Source of the DNA: Octopus vulgaris
Taxonomy: Eukaryota
Length of the DNA: 64,000 bases
Reading direction: 5' to 3'
Assembly (NCBI GenBank): GCA_951406725.2
Contig: OX597815.1
Coordinates: forward strand, 68,944,001-69,008,000
Positions within the stretch are counted from its first letter, which is position 1. Every line of letters begins with the position of its first letter. The position numbers were made by a program, and so were the translations under genes. The notes beneath the pieces are model-generated. The model was not told the origin of the DNA, searched no databases, and worked only from the letters and a program-made list of their open reading frames with translations. Positions 12,561 to 25,186 of the stretch are shown here, in pieces.

Positions 12561-12998
12561 AAAGAGAAAGTGTGCTAATAGGCGGAGTAAAGCCTTTGAA
12601 GTGAGAGAGGGAAATCGTAAAATATTGAGTTTTTTCAAATTTTTGCTTAATTGGGGGTCAAATTGAAAGAAATTTATATGCCATGACCGAATGGAATGTA
12701 CTTCGAAAAATCATAGGTAAATTCCAATTGAAGAAATTGTGTGAGGAGTAAATCGTTATGTATTTATTTGTTTCTGTTTGCTCTGTATTTTTTTTGAGTA
12801 GTGGTTTAAGGTACACTTGCAAAGAGAAAGTATGGTAAAAGCAGGAGTGAAGCAGTTGAAATTAGAGAGGCAAATTGTAAAATATTTACTTTTCTCGAAT
12901 TTTTGCTTAATTGGGGGTCAAATTGAAAAAACTTTATATGCCATGACCCAATCGAATCTACTTGGAAAAATCTTAGGTAAATTCTAATTGAAGAAATT
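12561..12998. repeat. Diverged direct repeat of about 180 bp, period 260 bp
   Basis: 12561-12739 versus 12821-12998 share AAAGAGAAAG..., TTTTTGCTTAATTGGGGGTCAAATTGAAA and TTTATATGCCATGACC. Probably internal repeats of a DNA element. Confidence 0.7.
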
Positions 12999-13150
12999 CT
13001 ATATTGTAGAATTGTATTAAAAAGGAACATGGGAACAGGCAGAGAAAATCTGCCTTTTATCATAAGAGATGTTTTGTTCACGTGCCACTGGTTCAATTTC
13101 GATTTCACTTGCCCCAACAGGTAATTGCAAGCAGTTTAGGTTCAGTGAAG

Positions 13151-13209
<59 letters not shown>

Positions 13210-13727
13210 TGTGCCATCAGTAATTACTCAGGGCAGACAGTTGGTGATGTTTATATAGTAAAACACACACAAAAAAAATAAGCAACTGAGTTAGAGGCAG
13301 ATCTACTTCTGCCTTTATAGCACATAAAGAAAAGGTTGTTGTTGGAGTGTACGCAGCACATGTACTACAGCAATACTATTTGTAGCTTTAATACTGAGAT
13401 TGGAAGGCAGGGGTGAATTATGCCTACCTAATCTACAAAAAAAATTAAATATTCTGTATTTTATGCAAAGTAATCAGAGTAACCTGCATAATTTTATTGA
13501 ATTTGGTGCATATTTACCATTGAAGGAAAATGTTACTCTTGATCTATTTTATTCAGGGTAGGCACTGGCTGCCTTGCCTACCCAGGTGGCACATCCCTGA
13601 TATGTACATATGTATGTATAAGTTTATGTGTGTCTGTGTTTGTCCTCCTGGCATTGCTTGACAACCAATGATGGTGTGTTTATGTCCCTGTAACTTAGTG
13701 GTTCAGCAGAAGAGACTAACAGAATAA

Positions 13728-14042
13728 TGTTGTAGTGAAAATGGTACTCCCCTTCCCACATGACAAATTGGTATGACCAGCCTCTTATAAGTCAGACAGT
13801 CAGTTGTTGTAGGAGGTCAGTAGTAGTAAGAGTTATTGTATGAGTTCCCAGTTGGAGTTAAGTGTCAGTTACATGTTATAGTTGAGTTTGAGTTAATGTC
13901 AAAGTAGGTGTTTCAAAGTCATAGCACAATAGATGAATTGAAGACAATAAGGCGTGCAATACCACCACAATGTAAGAGTGGCGACAAGAATATTATAGTG
14001 CCGACAATAAAATACAAGTGGATGAGGATCCACATTATAACA
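13728..14042 (+). mobile_element. Solo LTR (315 bp) inserted into a SINE
   Basis: TG...CA ends with imperfect terminal IR (TGTTGTAGTG / CATTATAACA). 5-bp TSD AATAA at 13723-27 and 14043-47. Splits the family-A SINE motif AGAATAAGTACT. Contains a TATA-like TTATAA and an AATAAA. Confidence 0.8.
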
Positions 14043-14336
14043 AATAAGTACTAGGTTTACAAAGAAATAAATCCTGGGGTCAGTTTTTTCAATGAAAACC
14101 GTTTAAGGTGGTGCTCCAGCATGGCCACAGTCAAATAATTGAAACAAGTAAATGAATAAATTAAATATACATATATATGTGTATGTGTGTGGTTGTGCTT
14201 ATGTTAGTATAGCTTCCACTGCTTGACAACTTGTGTTAGTTTGTTTATGCCCCCACAACTTAGTGGTTCAGCAAAAGAGGCCAATAGTCTCAGACTTAAA
14301 AAAGATATAAGTACTGGAGTCAATTTGTTCAATTAA

Positions 14337-14558
14337 CCCTTTTGTTACCATATTTCTGTTGAGATGCTCTGTGTTTCTTTCGATTAATTTTAAATATAAC
14401 AAAGAATTTAGTAAAATAACTTAGTTATCAATAAGCTTGTTTTAGGAACATAAATTGTGACTAAGGTTTGGTTGAAGACTTTAATTCAGAAATTTTGAAA
14501 ATAAGACATTTGTATAACAGAGCCAGAGGCGGTTTCAGCCGGGTTGGCATCAAAAGGG
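14337..14558. mobile_element. piggyBac-type MITE (222 bp)
   Basis: TTAA TSDs at 14333-36 and 14559-62. TIRs CCCTTTTGTTACCA / TGGCATCAAAAGGG. Interrupts a SINE tail. A related decayed copy lies near 38005-38195. Confidence 0.85.
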
Positions 14559-16377
14559 TTAAACCCTTCAAGGTGGTACCCCAATGACTGAAATATTGAA
14601 AAGACACAAGGCTTGGCTTCATACTCTTGTTTGATGGGGCTGGAGTCATTCCAAAGTTAGTGGTCCCACAGGCGTCATCATGCATAGAGCCAACCAGATC
14701 CACCAGTGCTTTGCACCGCTGGTGGTCATGTGCCAGCCCCTCTGGTGATGTCAAGCCTCTGGAAGTCTTCCCCAATCTCATCTAGCCATCTGGTGTGGGG
14801 CCTGTCATGAGGCCTTTTCCAGCCCACAGCTGGATGAAAAATGAGTAAAAATAAATATCTGAATCATTTACATTATAATTGTATTTATTATTTGTATTCT
14901 GGAATTGTTTTAGTCTTGAATATGGATGAACGTCAGAGTAATACTCAGACAACAAAGGAGTAAAGTGTTCACTGGTTTCTTGAGTTGCTACTTAAATTCT
15001 TAAATACTTAATGATCCTCATGTGAAATGCGTGGAAATAAACAATGTTAGCTTATTCAATTGAGCCTTAACAAATATTCATTTGATGGGTTGAGTCATTG
15101 GGAGGTGTTATGAAGTAATCTGTAACAAGAGACAGCCAGTATACAAGGGATACAGGATTTGAATCCCACTGGTAGTTCTCTTCAGATTTTCTGTCTCATG
15201 TACTTGTAAATGTATCCATCATTTAAAGATTATATTATAATGCATAAACAGAGTCAGAAAGATTGTTTTAAGATACATTTTATAAACATGCCTCTTTAAG
15301 TATTGTAATTGCATGAAACCATTAGTAGCTTTTTCAGTTGTATATTCAATTTGGTGTGTGTGTGTGTTTTCCATATTAGTAAGGGTTAGATAGTTCAACA
15401 GGAGCTGGTGAGCTAGAATCACTGCACTAGGTTCCAGTGTTTGCTTTGGTATCATTTCTATGGCTGGATTCTCTTCCTAACTCCAAGCATTTCTACAGAG
15501 TGTACTGAGTGCTTTTTATGTAGCATCAGCACTGACAAACTCACCAAGTAACTTTCAAGACAAGAGCCCTCAAATGAGTTAGAGAGCAGTGTAGATATGA
15601 GAAACTTGCTTCCTAACCATTTGATCACAGGTTCAGTCCCATGGTGCAGTAATTTGAGCAAGTGTCTTCTACTATAGCACCAGGTCAATCAAAGCCTTGT
15701 GAGTGGGTCTAGTAGATGGAAACTGAAATTCACTCAGAAGATTTTGGTTGCCTCAGAGCTATAGCAAAAAACATTTGCTCAAAGTTCCACACAATGGTAT
15801 TGAACCCAGAATTATGTGGTTTAGAAGCAAACCACACAGCCAAGGTTGACTTTGCCTTTCACCTTTTTGGGGTTGATAAATTAAGTGCCATTCAAAAAAA
15901 CTGCTGGCTCTGTGAAACTAATATATATTGCAATAGATCAAGCATGGATAACTTATTCTGAGAAGTGGGCTGCATGTGAGATGGCTCATTATCAGATGGA
16001 CTTCACTACTAAATGAATTAGGGTAATTTTTCATTACACATGCCATTTGGAAAGTTTTATGGGCTGTAGTTTGCCCACGATTGCAATAGTTCTTTGTTAT
16101 AGATATATGAACAACTGATGAATGTAGTATTTATACAGAAACCCATTATGATAATTAATTAAATCACAACTGCTGTCTTTCTAAGTGATTTCTGTTAATT
16201 GCTGTGATTTGAAGTTTATTTAGTAGTTTGGGTTGGTTTGTGGCTAGTCAAGAGAATTTTGATAGAGAGGTGTCAAAATATATGTGAGTGTGTGTGTGTG
16301 TATGTGTAACATGAAATTTGATTCAAGTAGCTGTGAAATAGATATGTATACTACCACAGATATATATATATATATAT

Positions 16378-16975
16378 ATATTGTTATATTTCGGAATGGT
16401 CATATTGCCAGTTTAGCCAATAAAAACACACGCACTATATATTTGGTGTTATTTTGCTTCAGTGATATTTATTTTTTACATTAATCTTAATCTTATTTCG
16501 GCCAAAGTTCTTTCGTCACACTCCTGTGACCGCATCAGTGGTCCTTTGTTTTCTTCTCACTTACTTGTGTCTCTCCTTACTAACCGTCAGCCATTTTGTA
16601 TTTCTATTGTATGTCTTCATTTGCGCATGCTTATATCTCTATAAACATAGACGCACATAGAGATATAAGCATGCGCAAATGAAGACATACAATAGAAATA
16701 CAAAATGGCTGACGGTTAGTAAGGAGAGACACAAGTAAGTGAGAAGAAAACAAAGGACCACTGATGCGGTCACAGGAGTGTGACGAAAGAACTTTGGCCG
16801 AAATAAGATTAAGATTAATGTAAAAAATAAATATCACTGAAGCAAAATAACACCAAATATATAGTGCGTGTGTTTTTATTGGCTAAACTGGCAATATGAC
16901 CATTCCGAAATATAACAATATCTGTTTCAACACACGACTTCACATAAAAAATCTTGCACAACAAATATTTAAACG
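16378..16975. mobile_element. Palindromic ORF-less element in (TA)n with hammerhead-like motif (young PLE-type inverted pLTR)
   Basis: Inverted repeat 16378-16642 / 16657-16921 (265-bp arms, 14-nt spacer, no mismatch seen; the ORF track gives identical peptides on both strands). A 54-bp unique tail follows. (TA)n on both flanks. Confidence 0.75.
16755..16799 (+). ncRNA. Variant minimal hammerhead motif (mirror copy at 16500-16544 on - strand)
   Basis: GGACCA-CTGATG-CG-GTCAC-AGGAGT-GTGAC-GAAA-GAAC-TT-TGGCC. Stems I and II form, but the canonical A9 is replaced by CG. Confidence 0.5.
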
Positions 16976-16998
16976 TATATATATATATATATATATAT

Positions 16999-17160
16999 AT
17001 ATGACGGACTTCTTTCAGTTTCTGTCTTCCAAATCCACTCACAAAGATTTGGTTGGCCAGGGGCTAATGTAGAAGACACTTGCCCAAGGTGCCATACACT
17101 GAGGTTGAACACGGGACTATGTGGTTGGGAAGCAAGCTTCTTACCACACAGCTACACCTA
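16999..17160 (-). mobile_element. tRNA-derived SINE family A, 5' half
   Basis: Reverse complement of the family-A head and core (CACTTGCCCAAGGTGCC...CTTACCACACAGC). Confidence 0.8.
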
Positions 17161-18258
17161 TATATAAATATATATAAAATTGAATAAATTGAAGTCAGCA
17201 AAAAGTGGTATGGTTTGACATTTGTTTTTTAATCACTGTAATTATTTCCACATAACATACTTCTCCAGGTGTTCAGGTACTTGATTATGCAACTACTAAA
17301 TTCAGGCCATGACAGTCAGATAGGATGTTCTTGAAGCTGAGGATTTTAAACTTATGAAGTCAATATTTACATATCGCCTGAAGAAACACAACTAGATCTC
17401 ATAATGCAGGGAAACAGTTGTATAATAAAGTATGTGCACACCTGGAGAACTACATTGTGTGGAAACAATTGAAGTGATTAAAAAATAAATGTCCACCCAT
17501 ACTCCTTGTTAACTCCAGTTATTTCAATCATCTATTCACACATGACACATGCCCAAACGCAATCCTGGAAGTATGTATAATTCTACTACTGGATAGCGCA
17601 GAGTAAATCTGAAGGTGAACGGGCTTTATACTGTACTGTACTACATTCTTAACAGAATATACCATAGCTATACACACGCACGCACGCACGCACGCACATA
17701 TATTTATCTTTTACTTGTTTCAATTATGCTGGGGCACCACCTTGAAGGGTTTAGTAGAAGAAATCAACCCCAGTACTTATTCTTTTTAAAGCCTGGTATT
17801 TATTCTGTCAGTCACTTTTGCTGAACCACTAATTTACAGAACATAAACAAACCAACACTGGTTGCCAAGTGATGTTGGGAGACAAACACTAAAGACAAAG
17901 ACAGGCACATGCAGATATATGTGCACACACTCACACTTACATACATACATACATACACACACACATACATACATACATACATACACACACATACACATAC
18001 ACATACATACATACATACATACATACATTAGTATTAGAAAGGTCATCCAGCCATAGAAACCATGTGAAATCAGATTGGAACCTGGTGCTACTCCCTAACT
18101 TACCAGTTTTCAGTCAAACTGTCCACCCATGCCAGCATGAAAAACGGATGTTAACTGATGATGATGATGATACATTGATACATACAGGCACACAATACTG
18201 GTTTCTTTCTGTTTCTATCTACCAAATCCACTCAGAAGGCTTTGGTCATTCTGAGACT

Positions 18259-18368
18259 ACAGTAGAATACACTTGCACAGTAGAATACACTTGCACAGTA
18301 GAATACACTTGCACAGTAGAATACACTTGCACAGTAGAATACACTTGCACAGTAGAATACACTTGCAC
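18259..18368. repeat. 18-bp tandem repeat x6 (ACAGTAGAATACACTTGC)
   Basis: Six identical units derived from the SINE family-A core sequence. Confidence 0.95.
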
Positions 18369-18369
18369 A

Positions 18370-18460
18370 AGGAAGCTTGCTTTCCAACCACACGGTCTCA
18401 GGTTCGGTGCCACTGCGTGGCACCGAACCTGAGACCGTGTGGTTGGAAAGCAAGCTTCCT
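18370..18460. repeat. Perfect hairpin, 44-bp arms, 3-nt loop, made of SINE head sequence
   Basis: 18370-18413 is the exact reverse complement of 18417-18460. Confidence 0.95.
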
Positions 18461-21400
18461 AACCATACAGCCTGGTGGTCACAAAAGAGAAACAGAGACA
18501 AGATCAGTCCCATATTTCTTGTTTCTAGTAAAACAACAGCTGCTATCTATGGTGGTTCATTGAATTGTGTCTACCAAATCTGTCATCACCATTTGGTACT
18601 TGGCTGTTTTTAGCAGAGCCCATTCAGTCGCAGGTTTTTGCCCAGAGGATAAGCTAAGATTCATGTTTCCTTTGCCCCTTTTCCCCACTAACAATCTTTA
18701 TATTTAAAAAAAAAAAAAAAAACGAAGTCCACACAGTTTTCTGTTCCTCCTATCACTAATTAGCAAAAAATATCCCAAAGTAGCAGTTTAGTGCAGTTTG
18801 AGTTATTCCCCCTACATCTTAGATCTCACAACTTCAAATATAAATTCTTTCTTTAAGTCGACTAAGGTTTTGATAAATACGTTGAACCTCTTTGCTTTTT
18901 CTCTTTTTTCTCTCTTTCTATCTGCAAGATATAAGATGGGGGGTTATGTCTGTAGTTTTTTAAAAATTTATTGTTTTTTTTTTTAATTCACTGATTCGTT
19001 ATTTATACATAAAATCTTATATATATTTTCCTCATCTATAAGGATGGAAACAGCCATGGAAATGATTAGAATTTGTTATATCTTTTTTTTTTACAGGTAG
19101 TGCCTGAAATAAATATAAACGATGTGGTTAATGGTCCTATCCTTGGTTATTACTGCAGTGTTAATTAGAATGTCTGTGAAATCAGCCAATGAGAATCTAT
19201 ACATAGGTCTATTAGTTTAGTTTAGCTGGTAGTAAAAAACAAGAATTAATTTATCTTTCGTCAAGTGAAATAAATGGATATTGAAGATCTATTGAGCTGT
19301 TGTTGATGATGTCGATGGTGGTGGTGATTGTTAAGATGATAACGATAACATCAATTGATTAATCTTAGTCAAGGTCAAAACCTAAAAGAGGTAATTGAAA
19401 CGACTCAAGTTGACAAGATTGATACGCCTTAAATTACACGGGCTTATTTCTGTTTTATTTTTAATTACTTTTTATTTTAAATTTCATGTTTCATTACCTG
19501 CATCATAGTGACCTTGACCTTTCTCTAATTATGACTTGTAGTATTTGAAATCCGAAGTCAGTGAGTGTATTTAACGATGATATTATTGTTTAATACATTC
19601 GCTTCATAGGAAGATTAAATTATTCACGTCAAATGTTGTTAGGGCAGTTTTGAACTGTATTTGCTGGCTCTGAATTATAATAAAGTATGTCAGTTTTGCT
19701 GCCTACGTGATTATATTAATGCCTGGGGTGTTGTATGTGAGAGTATATTGGGCTTTTCGGTACTAAACTCTGTTTACAACTTAAAAAACACAGTGAATTA
19801 AGTTTACAACTTAAAAAACATAGTGTCAGAACGTTGGATAAAATACCTAGTGGTATTTGTTTTGCTTCTTTGTGCTCTGAGTTCAAATCTTGCTGAAGTC
19901 GACTTCGCCTTTCATCTTTTGGAATTAAGGCAAAAATAGTCGGGCCTTGTGTTATTTGATCCAGCACCTGACAACAATACCTGTAACCATTTACTAGTGC
20001 CAAACTGTAGTGGCCCATATAGGCGATCTTTGCCTCGAATAACGTTAGTGATATATAGAGAGGAGACTTGTATGAATGGTAGTCAACCTTCCATAAAAAA
20101 AAAATCTCTAGGCTTATGCATGTATGTACAGATGTATGATTAACTGACAGAGCCTTAGTGAAAGGGGGTTGAAGATGCTTATGTCTGTGTTGATACTGTC
20201 TCTGTATAGTTTGGAAGATGAAAGCTGAAACTACGTTGTGCACGGGTCATGTGTATTATACTGTACAGCAGAAATAACTGAGCTCGATCTGCAGGAAAGA
20301 TTATAAGAACTTCAATAGACAAACTAACGTTAACCACACTATTACTCTCTGTATGTCTCCACGACCATCCTATCATAACTCTAACCCTATCTTCACTTAT
20401 CTCCCTTCCAAGAATTATTGCACCTTCTCTCTTCTCCTTTGGTTATACTGGTCACTTTGAGCTCTTAACATTGCAAGTTACCAGGTAATCTTTACTAGTG
20501 TTGGGGCCTTGAAAAATGCACCCAGTTCACACTATAATGCGGCTGGCATGAGAAAGGGCATCCAGCCTTAGAAACTATGCTGAAGTAGACATTAGAGCAT
20601 GAAGCTCTAACCCATGCCAATATGGAAGATAGATGTTGAAAGATGATGATGATGATAAACAGTGTCAATAGATGTAAGTAATATAAACTGTATATATAGT
20701 ATCAATATGTAATGAGAATTGATGAGCTGTTAAATGGATGAAAAAGTGGGTATTAGGCAATAGAACATACAATGGAGTTAAGTAGGGATTAGGAGGACTT
20801 GAGTAGGGATTAGGAAGACTTGAGTAGGGATTTTACGAGAGAAAATCTATTGCAAGATACTTACTGTGCAGATTCCTTTCAAAGAATTTTAACATGGAAA
20901 CGGAGATTAAATTAGAGATTTAATAACAACATACTTTCAACTATTGTGAACTTACTCTTAAGTGTGTTGTGAACCCCAGAACTCATAAAGGCTTGATTTC
21001 AGTGGCATATAAGTGGCTGAGACTAAAACGCTCCTCCTGAATGGGATGTTAGTCTGTCATGAGGTTAACTCTCCAGTTGTTGCAGAAACTCATTTACAAC
21101 TGAATAGACTGGAGCAACATGAAGTTAAGTGTTTTGTTCTAAAAAACAATGTACTGTTCAGTGCAGGAATTGAAACTATGATTGTGAGTGCAGCACCCTA
21201 ACCTCTAGGCCACAGCACATTCTAGTGTGAATTGCTAAACTTGAATTGAAGTTTAACAGCTCAAAGTACCCAATACTCTCTCACTTTATAAAGTGGTTGG
21301 TGTCAGGAAAAGCAGCAAGCTATAGAAACCATGCCAAGGCAGACATTGGAGCATGAAACAGTCCTCCAACTCATCAGATCGTTTATCCATCCAAATGATA

Positions 21401-22885
21401 CATCCATGGGTTTTTTTCCCCTTTTACTTACATTATTGCAACCTTGATTATCTCTGGGATGACTTTCTGCAAGATAAACTGATACTTTCTTAATTAGAAG
21501 CATCTTTTGTTTTTATTAGATATTCCTTAGCTCAGGAAGCAGGCTGGCAGCATGTTGAATAAAATACCTAGTTGCATTTCTTAACTCTTTACATTCTGAG
21601 TTTAAATTTCACCAAAAAGTTGACTTTGTCTTTAATAGTTTTGAGGCTAATAAAATAGAATACCAGTCAAATACTGGGATCAAATACCGACATCAGTGTT
21701 ATCAACTTACTGGCTCTCCACAAAATTGCTGGTCTTCTGTGAAATTTTGAAACTATTCATTATTTTTTTAGTCCAAAGAAGCATGCAGTGTGGAATCTGC
21801 AACCTGGTTACATTGATATAATTAAACTTTAACTGAAACTCTGTGGGAGAATGACTGGAGACCATACACGAGTGATGGACGTAGTGAAGAGCAATTGGAT
21901 CTGTTTAAATATGAAAGCAACCATTTGAATGTTTAAGAGTAATTCAGAGGTGCTTCACTCTCAATAATTCTTCATCATCATTCTAAGCATTCACATTCTT
22001 GTGAATGCCTGCTTACCTGGTGGTTATTTTAACTGTGTTAAGATGATCAGGAGAGTAAAATATTCTTTTGTGCAACACATAGCCAACAATATCTCATGCC
22101 TTCCTTTTTGCAGTTAAGCTTTCAGATCCCTTTTCAAGAGGATATCTACAAACTTTGTACAGTCATCCTCATCACCTCCCCTTAACCAAGATAGCATTGT
22201 AATCAGTACCTTTGCTAATGAAGCTGTTGTATTTGATTACAAATTCCTCTCAGCTCATTACTCTCTGATGCTCAGTCACTTGATCATCTTGCACATGCAG
22301 TTAAGAAATGAGAAAAATCATCTCATTTCATCCACTCAGTGAAAAAGCAACAATAATTATATTCAATAACAAAACATTGGCCATCATCATCATCATCATG
22401 TCTACTTTTCCATGATTGCATGTATCAGATGAATTCATTGAGGAAGATATTCTACAGCTGGATGCCCTTCCTGTTGCCAAACCTCACCTATTTCCAAGCA
22501 AGGTAATATTTCCTTATGGGGATGCTTGTTTACAACCATCACATGACGTCAAGATAAGGGAACACACACACATACATTTTACAATTTTCAGTTCTTGCCC
22601 ACTAAATCCACTTACAAGGCTTTGGTTGGACCTGGATTATAGTAGAAGACACTTGCCCTGAAATTTCGTAGTTAGGAAGCAAGCTTCTTGACTACACAGA
22701 GCCACATACGCACCTCAGTCATAACTCTGTGTGTGTGTGTGTGTGTGTGCATATGATGTAAAAGTTATTCTACAGAAATTTGTCATATTTATATAATTAT
22801 ATATTCTTATTAAATGTTTAAACAAATTTGTGAAGTTTTTCTTAAAATTCCCCATTTAATGGTATCATTTTTCTGTTCCTTTCAG

Positions 22886-22990
22886 AGTCAGCTCATTCCA
22901 CCAAGACAGCCCTCTGGTTCTTCACGGATATTTCAAAAGAGCTCAAAACGCCGCCAATCTGCACCAGCATTAGGACTGTCTAATTCACAA
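22886..22990 (+). CDS. Internal coding exon of a host gene (35 codons, SQLIPPRQPSGSSRIFQKSSKRRQSAPALGLSNSQ)
   Basis: Polypyrimidine acceptor TTTTTCTGTTCCTTTCAG and donor CAA|GTAAGA. Length 105 bp, phase 0/0; only this frame is open. Non-repetitive, more GC-rich than its flanks. Confidence 0.75.
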
Positions 22991-24409
22991 GTAAGACAAT
23001 AATTGCTTTGGTTCTTGAAATAACATTGTTAATATTTCTACATTTTAAAAGTTTACTCAGTACAGGCTTACTTGTAATGTCTTGTTTATATTGTGGTATG
23101 TAACACAGACTGTTTCAACTCATCAAATATAACTGATGGTAGCTCAAGTGAATCCAGAAACCAAGTTTTCAGTGATATAATGGCTGTGTAGTTAACTCAC
23201 AAGTCACCTTCTGTGTATCATACTAAATGTAAATGGAAACCATTGAAAGGCTTGATGCTATGGTATTTATGTGAGAAAATCTTTTCATAGATATTTTGTG
23301 TTAAAAACACATTATATCAGAGTGATGTGAACATCATAGCAGAAAGTATGTAGCTCATGAGAACACTAGATGCATTTCACTGTAATTGGGGCTTGTCAAT
23401 TCCTTGCACCAGTTTGTCACATGTTTATCAAAGCATAAGTTTTATCTAAGCGCCTATGACTTTTGGAAACATTTTTTCATGCTCAGAATTGTTGAACACG
23501 GAATAAACTACCAACATCAGTTGTCAGGACACCACATCCTTCAAAAATTCCATGCTTCCTAAAATTTACCAGCATCATTCCTGATGTGCCATGCATCCTT
23601 TCTTCTTTATGGTTCTTTTACTATTCAGTTTTCTGTCTTGTGTTTTATCCTGTGTTCTATGTATGCTCTAATCAGAGAGAAATGTGCACTGAGCTTAAAT
23701 GATCTAATTAGAAATATTTATGCATTAAGGAGAAGACAACATTGACTAATATTATTTTAATAATTTAGTTAAGTATGGAAGAAAACTCTAAACATGTTCT
23801 GGTATTAGTGGACTTCCTCAGTAAAGGATAGATACCATTGTACTTCGCTGGCTTTGTTGAAGTAGTGATGGGAGGCTCAATGAAGAGATGTACAATATTG
23901 TATAGTTGTAGGTATGAACATTTACAAATGTTATCTACGTGAAAGTGCATGGCTTAATGGTTGAAGTCTTTGGTTCATAGTAATAAGATCACAGATTCAG
24001 TTCCTGGGTGTGTCCATGAGTAAGACACTTTATTACATGTTTACTCAGCTGAACAGGTACCAACCAAGTGCTAGTGCAGCCCTCTCTCCCTTCAGCTGTC
24101 ACATCTTTGAATCAGAGGTGATGAGAGCTGAGAAGTATCTATGTCTGTTTGCAACTATATAGCTACTTAAAATAAATAAGAAAAACATGGAACAAGCTGT
24201 CAAACCATACTTATTTGTGATGGCTGATTACTGGTTTTTATTTTTTTATTTTCCTTGAACTCGAGGACACATATGGCAGGTTACCTTGTTTCTATAGTAT
24301 AAAAGTGACGAAGATCACAAAGGGTTAAAATATTAAAAAAAGTGTATTTGATAATGTAGTCATGGATATACATCATCATTTAATGTCCATTTTTCACAAT
24401 GGCATTCTT

Positions 24410-24790
24410 TTATCTATTAACTTTTACTTGTTTCAATCATTAGACTGTTGCCCTGCTGGACACTGCCTTGAAGAATTTTTACTCAAATCTATTAACCCCA
24501 GTACCTAATTTTTTAAAGCCTGGTTCTTATTTTATTGGTCCCTTTTGTTGAATTGGTAAGTTACAGTGACACACCAGCATCAGTTGTCGAGTAGTGGTGG
24601 TGGTGGGAAACATAGGCACAAAGACACACATGCACACACACACACACACACATATATACACACACACACGACGGGCTTCTTTCAGTTTCCATCTACAAAA
24701 TTCACTCACAAAGCTTTGGTTGACCTGAGGCTATAGTAGAGGACACTTGCTCAAGCTGCCATGCAGTGGTTGGGAATCAAGTTTCTTACC
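24410..24790 (-). mobile_element. tRNA-derived SINE family A
   Basis: Reverse complement of 25187-25612 with an internal (CA)n. Confidence 0.75.
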
Positions 24791-25186
24791 GCACGCATGC
24801 ACGCGCACACACACACACACATGCAATGAGAAAGTCATAGCTGGAACGCCTTTGATTGTATATCTAGTCAAACAGGACGGACCTGGAGCTAAACAACAGC
24901 AGTAGATTTGAGTTAAGCATTTAGCTTGGCCATGTAAGACAACCTGGAAGGATAGCGCTAAATGATTTCACTTAAAACACTTGAAGATTACTTTCTCCCT
25001 CAAATTATACTCATCTGACTTAAAAACAGAAAAATACATCAGATAATGTTGCCTACAGCATGAAGCAAAAAAAATTTTTTTTAATCTAGCATTGGCTCGA
25101 TCGGAATGCCTTGGGTCGTAAGATCGGATCATAAGCGTGCTATTTAATTTAAAAACTGTTAGTGTTTAGACAAAGTTACACAGATA

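Noticed and set aside
18259-18368. TVEYTC peptide repeat ORF
   Set aside because: Tandem duplication of SINE sequence.
20781-20833. Telomere-like TAGGG/TTAGG repeat
   Set aside because: A 21-bp local duplication (about 2.5 copies), not a TTAGGG array.
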